The notes under the pieces are model-generated. The model searched no databases. It was not told the origin of the DNA and saw only the letters and a program-made list of their open reading frames with translations. Made by a program: the position numbers and the translations under genes. 64,000 bases of DNA from Phyllosticta citribraziliensis (Eukaryota): the NCBI RefSeq assembly GCF_038025025.1, contig NW_027117340.1, forward strand, positions 1,798,001 through 1,862,000. Direction: 5' to 3'. Position 1 is the stretch's first letter, and each line of letters starts with the position of its first letter. Below, in pieces: positions 1-11,334 of the stretch.

Positions 1-1075
1 GCGTAGGCAACGCGCGCCGCGTCGACCAGGATGCGCGCCGTCATGCCGAAGACGCGGAAGCGCGAGAGGCTGCGGAGGTCGGGGCCGGCTTGCGCATGGG
101 GTGGAGGCTCATTTGGGGCTGAAGTTTGGGCTTTGGACGAAGCTTGTGACGGAGCTTGTTGGGTGAATCCGTTCTCGTGTTCAACCTTTCCTCTCAAGCC
201 TCCTCCTCCCGCTTGCTCGTCCTTGTTGGTGGTTGACTTCTTGCTCTTCTTGCTGCGCGGCCACGCCACGACCTGCGCGCCAGGCCCCTTGACGGGAACG
301 TAGAAGTTGTGCATCCGCCAGCGACTCTCGTGCCAGTTGGTCCATTCGCCCTCGTACCACTTTGCCGGAAAGCCTGCGGCCTCGATGCCTGGTCCTGGTT
401 CCCGCTCCGTCCTGGGACCTGGGTTCGTTACAGGAGTAGAATTCGGATCGCCCGCGCTCGCCGCGCTCGACGGAACCTCGTCGTCAGCGCTAAGGAAGTT
501 GTGGAAGCCAGCCGTGAACACGGCCGCAACCTCGTTTGCCTGAAGCCGCGGAATCAACGCCTCGCCCGCCGTCCCCGTTGTGATGCCCGCGGGGCCTAGC
601 TGGCCTGTCGGCCTTGTCAGGTCTTTGGCTAGATATGCGACGCAGGGCCGCACGCCCAGCTCAGTGCGCGCCAGGTTGGTTGGTAGTTGGCACAGCTCCT
701 CGACGCGCCACGGCCACGGCAGCTTCGCGTCGCTCATCGGCAGGCCGATCTCCTCGAATGCCTCGCGCCGCGCCGTTTCCCAGGGCGTTTCTGCGGCCGA
801 GTCGGCTTTGCCGCCCGGTAGCGCGGCGTGGCCGGCGTAGTTCTTCATGGCGGCGCTGCGCATCGTCAAGACGACGCGGAGGTCGCCTTGCCGGTCAGCG
901 AAAAGCAGGATCAGGACGGCGGCGCGGCGCGATGCTGGTACGTTGAAGTAGTTGGTCGGCTGTGGGCGGTAGGCGCGGAGGCGTGATAGAGCGGCCTGTT
1001 TATGATTGTCAGCTTTGTCCTCATGATACCGGGTGGGGGAGTGCGTGCCGCAGAGGCCGGCGTCAGAGTGGCCAT
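1..1075 (-). CDS. PCD1: Peroxisomal CoA diphosphatase-like Nudix hydrolase (3' end runs off window)
   Basis: Minus-strand translation MATLTPASA|AALSRLRAYRPQP...RRAAVLILLFADRQGDLRVVLTMRS...ALPGGKADSAAETPWETARREAFEEIGLP contains the Nudix box. It ends ...FRVFGMTARILVDAARVAYA at position 1. Intron 996-1048 (GC-AG). Not in the supplied ORF track. Confidence 0.88.
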
Positions 1076-3951
1076 GGTTATAACGGGAATGGGTCCATTG
1101 CACGGTTCAACGAAGTCGAAAGGTGACTAAAATGACGTTTGAGCGGCTCTTCCCCAGCGCTGATGGTCGGAGAGGTCAAACGGCCGCGCGAAGTGCTTGT
1201 GATGAGAGGTGTTGCGATTGGTGTTGAGTGGTGGTCGAAGTTGATGTCATCGGTCCCCATCCCGCGGGGAATCTCCCTTTTTGCTCATGGCGGGGCGATC
1301 TGCCTCGGTTCGGCCCAACTGCCTGTCTGACCTCTCCAAACAACAACCTCAGACTGCTACATTCACCCATCCTCAGTCTACGTACATAATTGGCACCATC
1401 AAGCCACGTCGAACCTCCGCTTGATTCCTGTTCGTTCTTCGTCCCCGGTCCATTACCTTGCTATCAGCGGCTGCGTTCGCCCCCGCGGGAAGGTTGGAAC
1501 AGCGGGGGAAGCATAAATATCGATTGGATATTGATACATCGAGCAGACACGACTTTCGCCGCAACACAAGCCTCAGCTTACACCCAATTTGAAAGACTTT
1601 ATATTTCTTCGGAAATCCCGAGACTGCGAATGTTTTCCGCCTCATCGAACCTTTTGACCTGAATGCGCAACAAACATTACCTTCGATACACCTGCAGTAT
1701 ATTATTCACTTGCGCCCAGGATGCAATCTTCAAGCTCAATGTTTGAGATGAGTACGTAGCTACTCCTTTAGAACAATAACATTGCGCCACATTTTCTCTA
1801 CAACATATCTCAAACTCTACGCGGCGCTAAGCTTCAACAAGCCAAAAACGTGCCTCGGCTCTGCTTGTAGCCTTGAGTTGGGAAGCACGGCCTCAGAATT
1901 GCATGCAAACGTGGAATTGAGGCTGATGGCAAAAGTCGTGGCACCCAAAATCCAGCTGGGGCTTATGGATACTCCTCAGTACTCTGGCGTACTGTAGCTT
2001 GAATGCTCCCTGTCTTCGCTCCACCTGGTGACCTGCCTTTTATCTCGTGTGCACTATCAATAAGACTTGAATAGTGCACGGCTGGTGCTTTCTCGACGAC
2101 AAATCCCAGCGACCCGGAACCTTGTTACGCCAGGAACACCAATCGAAATGCCCGCGCGATTTATCGCATATGCTCAGTCGGGATTTCTCCAGTTCACTTC
2201 TACAGCAATGGCTTCGTTCACTAATCGCCAAGCTGGCCGTTGGCCAAGTCAGATGGATTAGCTTTGAACGTCTATCTTGTCTACGGTGGCTATAGGTCTT
2301 ATTATTGAGGGTCCGTGCTCTTCTGCATTGGGAGTGGACTGCGAGTGGCACCTTCGTGGCGCCTGTAGAACAACACTTCCGCGGTACGTGCTCTTTTTAC
2401 GTACCTATCTTTCTCTACACATGCACTTTAGATATTAGCCCCAATCCCTCTCCACCAACTCTCTTTCCCTTGCTCCTCAATCGTCCGTCTCCGTTGTAGC
2501 TCCAAACTTTAGCTGACCTCCAAAAATACCATTACCACAGTCTTTTGACTACTCGCCAGTCGCAGTTTCCACGGTTCATGGGTTGTTGACTGTCCGTACT
2601 AAAATGCTGATGCCCATACTGCTTAGGTCAATCCCCATGCGACTTGGGCCGGTAAGTTGCGCCCTCCAACGCTCCAATTGATCGATTGACAGCACCTACA
2701 CCAGCCAACCGCAGGACAGTTTTTTTAGTCCCGCTCCGAAGATGAGTGTCACTTGCAGCGACTCTGAATAACGCAAGGAGAAGCAGGGATTGCAAACCAA
2801 AAAACACACTCGGATCCTGCTGGACAGTGTCAGTGTAATGCTATGGTTGGTTGGGGCGCGGCAAAATAACCACCAAACTACGCGCTGCAGTTGGCCATTG
2901 GGACATGCCTTCGAAGGTCGTGCTGCATGGGTGCGATGTCGACGAACCGTCGAGTCCGAGTTGATTCCCCTGCAAGCACTGACACATGAAGGAAAAAGTC
3001 ATGGCACAAACCAAGGTGCCTTTGCCCCCTACTGTTGTCCTTCGGAGATGCCCGAAGTCTCACGAGCACTGTGCTGATCTGGCGAAGATTGAATGCTTTT
3101 TGCCTATCGTCTGATGAAGCATACGAACACCTCTTGCCCTCTTCGCTATTTGCTGGACGTACCGCAGCTTTTGCTACCAATCTCTGCTCCTTGTTCTTCG
3201 ATCGACACCAAAGCTTGGACATCTATCAGCCACAAGATGCAGCTTGCTTCCTCCTTCTCGAAGACATGCTGCGATCCTTCATCGAAATACTTTCTTTCGA
3301 TCAACCAGTCACACATTCTCTCCCAGCGTTCAGAACCTTGTTCACCCCCTCGATAGGCTGACTGTCGTACTCGGCAGCCTCAGCCATAATCGTACAAATT
3401 TGGCCATTGTCGTAAACATCGGGCAGATATGTTCAAAACCCAATTTCGAGGCCACGCAGTCAGTGCAATTCCTCGCGGCTTGACCATCCGGGCCTCACCG
3501 ACGCACATAGTCCTGTGGTGTTCCACTGCAACGCTCATCTTCTTCGCGTCCCAAATTTGAGCTAGCGTCCCGACTCTGCAGCTTTGTGGCGAACGACCGC
3601 AGAGAGTTGTGCAAAGCAATTGGACATGATTTTGTGCGTTGAGCGAAATGAACGCTCCCCGGACGCAATCCTGAACGCAATCGTACTGCGGAGAGACGGC
3701 CTACGGAAGTATCTGTCCGCGCCATTTCCCCCAGGTCTCTGCTTCCTCTCAACCTTTTTTCTCTCTCTACAGACTCGGACTTTGTGATTCAATGGCTAAA
3801 GCTCTAATTGTTACTACCTGACCGCAGGCGTGCATGGATGGCAGACCTTGACCTGTCACCGAGTATTCACTCAACGAAGTACAAATAAGGGCCTCTCTGT
3901 TCCCCACTCTGACTTTTCTTCACCAACGGTACTGGCAGATTCGGCAACAAC

Positions 3952-4637
3952 ATGGGGAACCGATTGTATATTGGGCTCGCGTCTTTTTTCCTCCTCTTTT
4001 GCCTCATCCAAGGTACGCTCTTGGCGATCTCCCCTACTTAGCACTGCTGACGGACTACATAGGAATGCCCCTAGATCCAAGATCTCCCCTTGAACGAGCT
4101 GTTCTAGAAAAAAGGCAACAAAACTTGTGCCCTGACGACGCACACCCCGCCGCCAAGCATTACCACACATCGTACTGCGCGAAGGATGCCGGCAGCATAT
4201 ACAAAACGAAAAGAGCAGAATGCATCGAGAACAACAGAAAAGTGCGCCTTTACTGCGGGGTGCCCAATAGCAGGGCCGAAGTGTTCCAAGACATTCCTTG
4301 CGACGAAAATGAGTTCTGCAAGGACGACGATGGACGCAATTGCTTGGAGGAGGACCACCAACATATGGCGGCGTGCGTGGTCGACTTCATCCCGAACAAC
4401 ATCGATCCCTTACACCGCTGCTATATTACGCAGCACATTGAGATTGCGACGGGAGCCGTGCTGCTACACGCCCACACTTCTGGCACGCATGCCAACTGGA
4501 AGGACCAACACAGCGGAGTTGCTCACCCAGATGTCAGCTACTTTGATGAGCAGTTGTATGGTCCAACTTACGTTGATCTGCGTGTTGTGTCACCTTGTTT
4601 GACCACGGTATACTACTCGCTCTTCAAGGGAATATGA
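3952..4637 (+). CDS. Secreted cysteine-rich effector-like protein with Kex2 pro-domain (FOLD/SIX6-like Cys spacing), 211 aa
   Basis: Exon 3952-4012 encodes signal peptide MGNRLYIGLASFFLLFCLIQG. Intron 4013-4062 (GTACGC..GCTGAC..TAG). Exon 4063-4637 encodes the pro-region ending LEKR, then a mature part with 10 Cys. Confidence 0.85.
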
Positions 4638-6381
4638 GCTTGTTTGCTGCGTTGTTCATCAATGATTAGGCAGTTACTGCGAATTTGAATTTAGATTTTG
4701 CTACTGTTTCCTGGGGAATGCGTGACGATGCACTGTGGTCGTTCTGTCTGGTCAACTGGTCTACAAAAGTCTTTGCGCAGGTGACTCGCGTAGCAACTTT
4801 GGGGCCCGGACTTGGGGACCCGAAAAGGAAGCCGGAAGGAGCTTTCTTCCGCTACCTCAATTTCTCTAGGAAAGATAGGGACATGATGAAAGCTAGGCGC
4901 GAAAAACTGCATGAGCTGCGTACTCGACAGTAGTTTCGCTCGGACCACAACATCGCGCTAAGCTGGTCCTAAATGCAATCCACAAATCGGGATTTAGCAG
5001 TCAGACCAAGCCTATAACTAAGCTTTCGTGTTTTCATTAATGTAATACGAGCAGTTGTGGTGCCGTCTATGTAGTAGAGCATCTTAGCGGAAGTAAAGTG
5101 CCGACATCACAGGCTCGGTTTCGCTTTCGCGCATCTACTCGTCGGCTAAGAAGAATCAGCCGCAGAACCAAGCGTGATACCACTGTGAGTGTATTTGGAA
5201 GACGAATGGACAAGCTATTAGATTTATGCCACGGTCCGGCCCAAGCTTTGCAACCTGCTCTTATTTGATTGTCGTTCTGGATGCAGGGGTTTTCCTTGGG
5301 ACAAAACGGATATACCCATCGCATGACGCTACCCGCAGAGCGCCTTTTTGGTCGATAACGACTAAACCTTTCTTCACTTTACCCGATTGTTTAACCACCC
5401 AAACACCATAACTATGTGCCCGGTAAATCTGCAGCACACAAAGTCCGACCATGATGGCACGCCATCGACGACAGTCGTCGCTCAAATCTCGCGCCAGGGA
5501 TAACGGTCAAATGCATCGTTACCATATCTTTCAGCAGCATTTTCAACGTCAAAAAATACTCCTCTTGAATCTACAAGGGGCAATGAGACAAAACCCCCCA
5601 CTTTGTGCAATACTAACACACGCTCGCGGGAAATTCTGGCTCTTCACTCCAGATCGTCGTGAATTATAAGGGTGGAGAGGAGGGGAAAGCTGGTTTGCGA
5701 GGAGTGGACGGTAGATAAACGGATCAGAGGAGGTGAGTGCTGCCGGCTTTCAAAAATTCGTCTTATAGTCATGCAAATTTCCAATGGTCACAGGGGCCTT
5801 GAAGAACGCGCCACGATATTCGCGGAAACACCGCCTTCTATCCTTTCCGTATCTGCTTACCCGGTCTGCTCGCTGTCTCTTCGTTTCGCTTTGTTGGTCT
5901 GAATTTGTTTGCCGCAAGAGCTTGATCGCATCACTGGCGAGGGGACTTGTGGACAGATTGGTAGCAAGCCAACCATGTCGATGGAGTGGTATAAATCCAC
6001 CTGGCTGCTCTCCCCGGACAGCCCTCGCATGCTGGCGCTGACTGCCTGAGCAAAAAGTAGGCGATTCAACTGCCACTCGTTCCTCCAAGATTCTGCTCGT
6101 TTCCAAGCCAGGCTCGGATTTGATTCATCTGCCGTGGTCTACTAGCTCTTTTTCGTATCTGTGTGCATGTAACGGAAATGCACAAGTGTAGATTTGCGTC
6201 TCTGCGAGGTTGCGTCCTTAGGCTTGCATGTTTCGATCCGCCGCCGACTGTGCACTGAAGCCAGGCAGTCTGGCGGACTTTCCAGTCCTGTCTCGTCAAT
6301 TCTCTTTGTCGCTTTCCGCTCGCACACAAACAACTTCGTCTTCCATTTCGTTCCGCGTAAGCACTGGAGCCTTCGCCAACT

Positions 6382-6992
6382 ATGGCGTCCAACAGCGCTC
6401 AGCTCAATGGCGACAGCGCGGCCAATGGACCTGACCAGGAATATCCTCATGGATTGCAGCAGAGGTAGCTCCGCCATTGCCTTTGAAATCTTCTTACGCT
6501 GACAACAAAAGTGATGCCGAAACCACGGATGGAGGTTTCCAACAGACCAACCTCGACGCGTCGCAGAACACACAGCAGGGGTACCTAGGCCTTGACCCAC
6601 AGCACATTCACAAGCTGACAATCCTCGGAAGCAATAACGTCGAGCCTGGCGCCGGCACCTCCCATGCTTCTTCCATGCCGCACGACATGTTCCAGCACCA
6701 CCTCAGGAGCCTTATCGATCTGCAGACGGAGCTCAACTCCCAGCTCTTCGATCTGCGGCTTGTCTTCGACGCCCACAGCTTCCCTCTTTCGGACGCTGAT
6801 CTCGACGGCCACGCCGGTTTCTTTTCCTATCGAATGCCGTACAACGACCCCTGGCGCATCCGTCGCGGCCGTCGCCTTTGGTTTCGCCGCGTACACACCG
6901 GTCAAGAGATCGTGGTGCTTGGCCCATACTCGAGATTGCAAGTGGAGATAGAGGTTCGCATGCAGCTGACCACGAGGTTCGGTGACTCCTGA
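6382..6992 (+). CDS. Uncharacterised protein, tandem family member A (~187 aa)
   Basis: Exon 6382-6464, phase-2 intron 6465-6511 (GTAGCT..GCTGAC..AAG), exon 6512-6992. Motifs LRSLIDL, LSDADL..AGFFSY, VVLGPYSRLQV. Confidence 0.75.
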
Positions 6993-7929
6993 GTGGGCTG
7001 TCGCCGCGGACTTCGGGCCCAGTAGGAGTGGTTCCATGTCCAATTCGCAGGACGCAGCGCCTCAACCAACGAAAGTGCGCCTGCTTCGAACGCATCGCGG
7101 ACTGGATCATCAACCGATAAACTTGTAGGACGGTCGTGGTAGGCACACCAAAATCTGGCTCGTTCAAGAGGTCGCTAACGAATCCTCCTTCTTTAGGCCA
7201 TGAATGCTCTTAATCCTCGCTCCTACTTCAAACTCAACACCAGATCGCTCATAGTCCTTTGATGGCCTCTTGGACATGTGTAATACTCGTAACGACATTG
7301 GAATCCGGCAAAATCGTGCCACTTTTCCTTCAAGTCAGTTTTCTTTCGAGCAATAGTGGCATTAAGGAAACTCCTCTGCCTTCGTAGCTTCAAAAGGCTA
7401 CCAGAAAAACATGGAAGGTACTATGGAAGCTTTGCGGCCAACAATCAAAATTCAGGGGCAAATTTGAGTCCCATGGACGATGGTCGAAATCGACAGCGAA
7501 CGTGTTCAAAATGCAGCAGGGGCAGCTAAAACTCGTAAAGACTTTGTTTCATAGCCTTCGTGTCTGTTGCGTTACCTTTGGCACTGCGGACGCGAAGTGA
7601 GTGTCCTTTTCGCTCCCGGTGCACGACCACTCTCTGCTGTCTTCTCCCCACACACACCCATTTCGAGCACTGCACTTTTTCCTGCTAGCACTGTCCCGAT
7701 CGAGAGACTGCTAGAATCCTTTTGCCTTGATACTCCCTCAATTCCGGCCCCGTCTTTATGAAACCGTTTGATCATTCTTGAAGCGTAGTAGCCACGGCGT
7801 TTCAATTGACTTAAAGCATCACTTTCGAGAAGAGCAGAGGTTGTTACAGGAAAACGAGATCTATCCATCTGCTAATGGAGTCGGCGTGTCGTCGCCAATG
7901 CTGACCGCAACGTCGACCGAGAGCGAGGA

Positions 7930-8207
7930 TTGCCTGAGCGCTCTACCGATGACAACAATACGCAGAGCCAGGCCGATATACTCATCGCCTGCGATTCCAC
8001 GAACATTTGGACCTGGGAACAGCATCTCATGCGCACACCCTTCTTCCAAGTGGGAATCATTTCATGGCTGCAGAATCTGCGACGCATATTCAGCGCTGGC
8101 TCCCCTTCCTCAGCTCTGATGGAGCGAACAAAGTCTATACCCCGTACACGAGATAGGACGCTGCCAATGAGGTCTGCCTTCTGTTTTACTTGTTTCCAAA
8201 ATTATGA
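7930..8207 (+). pseudogene. Probable decayed fifth member of the tandem family
   Basis: EQHLMRTPFF (to 8046) in one frame, then VYTPYTR*DAANEV (8133-8174, TAG at 8154) in another frame. The spacing is similar to GF..GPY in member B. Confidence 0.35.
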
Positions 8208-8664
8208 AGATTGTTTTGTGATAGGTCATTCTATGTCCGGACTACTTCCATTCTGGTGGATTTTCCTTCTTTGCTGTAAAATAATGTCACTCGAACAAAA
8301 TGTCGAAACTTTCTGATTGCTTTTTGAGCCTTGCCCAGGTAAAATTAGGTCGCCGTTGCGGATGACCATGGGTGCTATAATCGGAGGTGCTGCACAAGAC
8401 ATATATGGGCAGATTGTTGATGACGAGAAACCTATGGCTGTTGCGAGTGTCACATTTCGCCGACGCTTTCCTTTGTTGCGCCTGCAGGAGCAGATGAGTC
8501 CGCGAGGGACGCACGCCTTCCTGTTTGCTCCAGCGCACACTGCGCCAACACCCAGAAAATATTTGCCAGTAAATATTTGCTCTACCAACAGAACTCCCCA
8601 AACAACTCTTTGGTTTGATACCCGCGCTCTCATTGCAATTGATCACCTTGTCGGCACCAGAAAA

Positions 8665-9226
8665 ATGTCAGACCACGCGCCAAGTTCCGAACAGCAGCGG
8701 CCCAAGTAAGTGCTTTGCGCTTCAACTTTTCCACTGGCTAACCGCCTTCGAATTCAGTGAGCCTACGGTCAACGACCACCAGGAACCTCAATATTCAACC
8801 TCCTCCTCCTCCATGATCGGCTCCTCTGTTGGTCATCTTCCACCACAAAACGAGTCGACCTCGGAGGCTAGCGACAATACCGGTGTTGGCGAAACCCTGG
8901 AGCAGCCTCGCGCGGAGAACAATCAACGGGGTCTGAGAGCTCGTGTCAGGACCTTGATCGATCTCTCAAGAGACGTGATGTTGGAGTTGGTGGGCATGCT
9001 CATAATGCTCAATATCGGCCCTCAGCTTGCCATTTCGGACGAGCAGTTGGTGAGAGCAGGATTCACACCAATGACGACTTCACCAAACGCTGAAGACGTT
9101 CTCTACATGCGCCACCAAGGACACCAGGGTCGTGGATCGGCAGCAGACGCCAGCGTGAGCGGCCCTTATACGAGAGAGGAGGCGGTCTCAGAAACGAGGG
9201 CTTCGCTGCTTTGGCACTTCAGGTAA
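8665..9226 (+). CDS. Uncharacterised protein, tandem family member B (~169 aa)
   Basis: Exon 8665-8705, phase-2 intron 8706-8757 (GTAAGT..GCTAAC..CAG), exon 8758-9226. Motifs VRTLIDL, ISDEQLVRAGF, VSGPYTREEA. Possible last intron 9223-9274. Confidence 0.78.
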
Positions 9227-10060
9227 GACCCAGTACTCTGCTCGTCAATCTGTGCATGGCTGACTCGCAATCAGATGATCTCTTCGATGGGGACTGAAAC
9301 GCTCCTCCGCAAGCGAGGCAAATGGAGCTGCTCATCCTCACCTCCGGGATTTTTGATTCCTCCATGAGACTCCCAGGGAAACTCAATAGCCAATATCATG
9401 TCCTTGGTCAATCACATTCGGAAGCATGGCTGCCAAGGAGGATACTGCCTGCGAAAGCACAAGAGAGATCAAGGGAGATGTGGCCCGGCTGCACCATGCG
9501 GCGCCAACGAGACCGCAAGCCGAGAGAATGATTGAACATAACAACGAGAAATGCTCGCATCCGATCGCCAAGAAAACGGGCCAGTATCAACCAAAATGGA
9601 ACAGACAACTTGCATCATCCCGAACTCCATCGCACAGAAGAATCAATCAGTGGAAGGGGGGGTCGGGCAGAGCTTTTGGAATGAGGACTGGGAACAAATA
9701 GTCTTTCATGAATGCGAGAATGACTTCTTCTGCGAAATTTAACACTGTCTTGTGTCATTGTCTCGCGGGTGATTCTGTGCGTTTTCAGGACCTTTCATTT
9801 CGCGCTTTGCATGAGCCGCCCATGAGCAGATTCACTAGTACCTCGCTCTACAAGTATTTCTTCCTTCTCAACCTACTTCCCAAATGCAACCCCAACAGCC
9901 TCCAGTCGCGCCCTTCAAGCCTTTCTCTTTCTCAGGTCCACGCGACCCCCTCTTCACGGCGAGGAAAGCCTCATCGTAGCTTACGCTGACCCTTCGTCAA
10001 AGGCCGATGTGAGTGGCGGTCTGTCTGGCAACACTGGCTTTGTTCAGAAGGGCGTCTGCG

Positions 10061-10762
10061 ATGATCTCTTCCTTCAATATGGGCTCTGGCGAGTTTGAAA
10101 GCTCACAGTAAGTCACAAAAGTCTTCATGCACATAGAATATTTGATAACAGCCATTTCCTGAACTTTAAGTGATGACCACTCTGCCACGCAACTGACGGT
10201 CAACAACATTGCAATCAACATTGTCGCCTACGGCTCTTTGCCGAGCCAGCAGGTCGTCACGCTCGACCTCAAGCTCAGCACTGCGACATGCGCTGACGAT
10301 TTTCCCGCCATCCTCCGCGAAATCTTGCGCTCTGGACTCCCTCTCACGGCGACGATCCATTTCTTCAGGGAAAGCGCCGAGGGGCACATCGCCAGACAGG
10401 CCATTGCGTCGGGCGGAACCGCCCCAACGGTTCGACTATTGACGCACGATGAGCTTATACGCTGCTATCCGTCCCTCGGTTTATCGAGATCGGGCTTCCA
10501 TCTTCTGGAAGCGGCTGAAGGCATTCGCACGTCGTTCTTGAGGGTTGAAGAAGCTCGCCAGCCAGACAGTGGGAGCAGGTGGATTGTTAGCGGCCCGTGG
10601 ACCTTCAGAGAAGCCTGCACTGTGGTTGAGCGAGAGGGCCGCAGTCTGCCTGACCCGCGTGTGCCAGAGGAGGATGGGCGGGAGGAGGAACAGTTCGAGG
10701 GAGTTGGGTCGCCGCCTCCAGAAGAGGCCCCAGCGTCGATGCAGCAGCCGGCGCGGTATTGA
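10061..10762 (+). CDS. Uncharacterised protein, tandem family member C (~212 aa)
   Basis: Exon 10061-10107, phase-2 intron 10108-10170 (GTAAGT..AAG), exon 10171-10762. Motifs LTHDEL..RSGF, IVSGPWTFREA. The start could extend to ATG 9884 via a putative intron 9976-10047. Confidence 0.7.
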
Positions 10763-11334
10763 CTGCCAACTCGAAGCTCTGCCTGTCTTCAAGATTCCGA
10801 TAATGTGAGCAGGACTGCGCAAGTACCAGGGGAGAGTGTGAAGGAGACGAGGGTTCTGGGTGAAATGCGGGCATGGCTGGTTTCTTTCTGCGAACAATCT
10901 AGCTCTGTACGCTGCGTCAATCGACTGCATCTTTCAGCCAATAGGGCAAGATCGTCCAGATTTTGAATTCGTTTGTCTTGGATCTGGCGAGGTTTGACGG
11001 TCCTTGTGGAAGTCAGGAGCTTCTTCGTATATTCGTGGGTTGGTAAATGTACTGCGTCGCCATTGCTCGAGAATCGACTTTTCCATTCGATGGCCCAATT
11101 TGGCGACTGCCGGATTTGTTGTGTTTGTTTGCCTGCGAGGTGTTAATCCGAAGTGTGCCTGCGCGCCTTCCTCCTCGACCACCGCCCACGCGCACACGCA
11201 GGCCCAAAACATTCGCGTCTTGCACCTCCGCAACCTCCACAACCTCTACAACCTCCACGGTCCACAATCTTCGCGACTTGACCACCTCCGTCTCGTTTTC
11301 GTCACCCCGAACAACAGACCTTCTCCTGTCAATC

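Noticed and set aside
2049..2079. Inverted repeat GTGCACTAT..ATAGTGCAC
   Set aside because: Short, isolated and built on a palindromic hexamer; compatible with chance.
3035..3483. Sixth array member (LRSFIEI, then TVVLGSLS in another frame)
   Set aside because: The motif spacing is less than half that in member A, and the GF and GP[YW] residues are missing.
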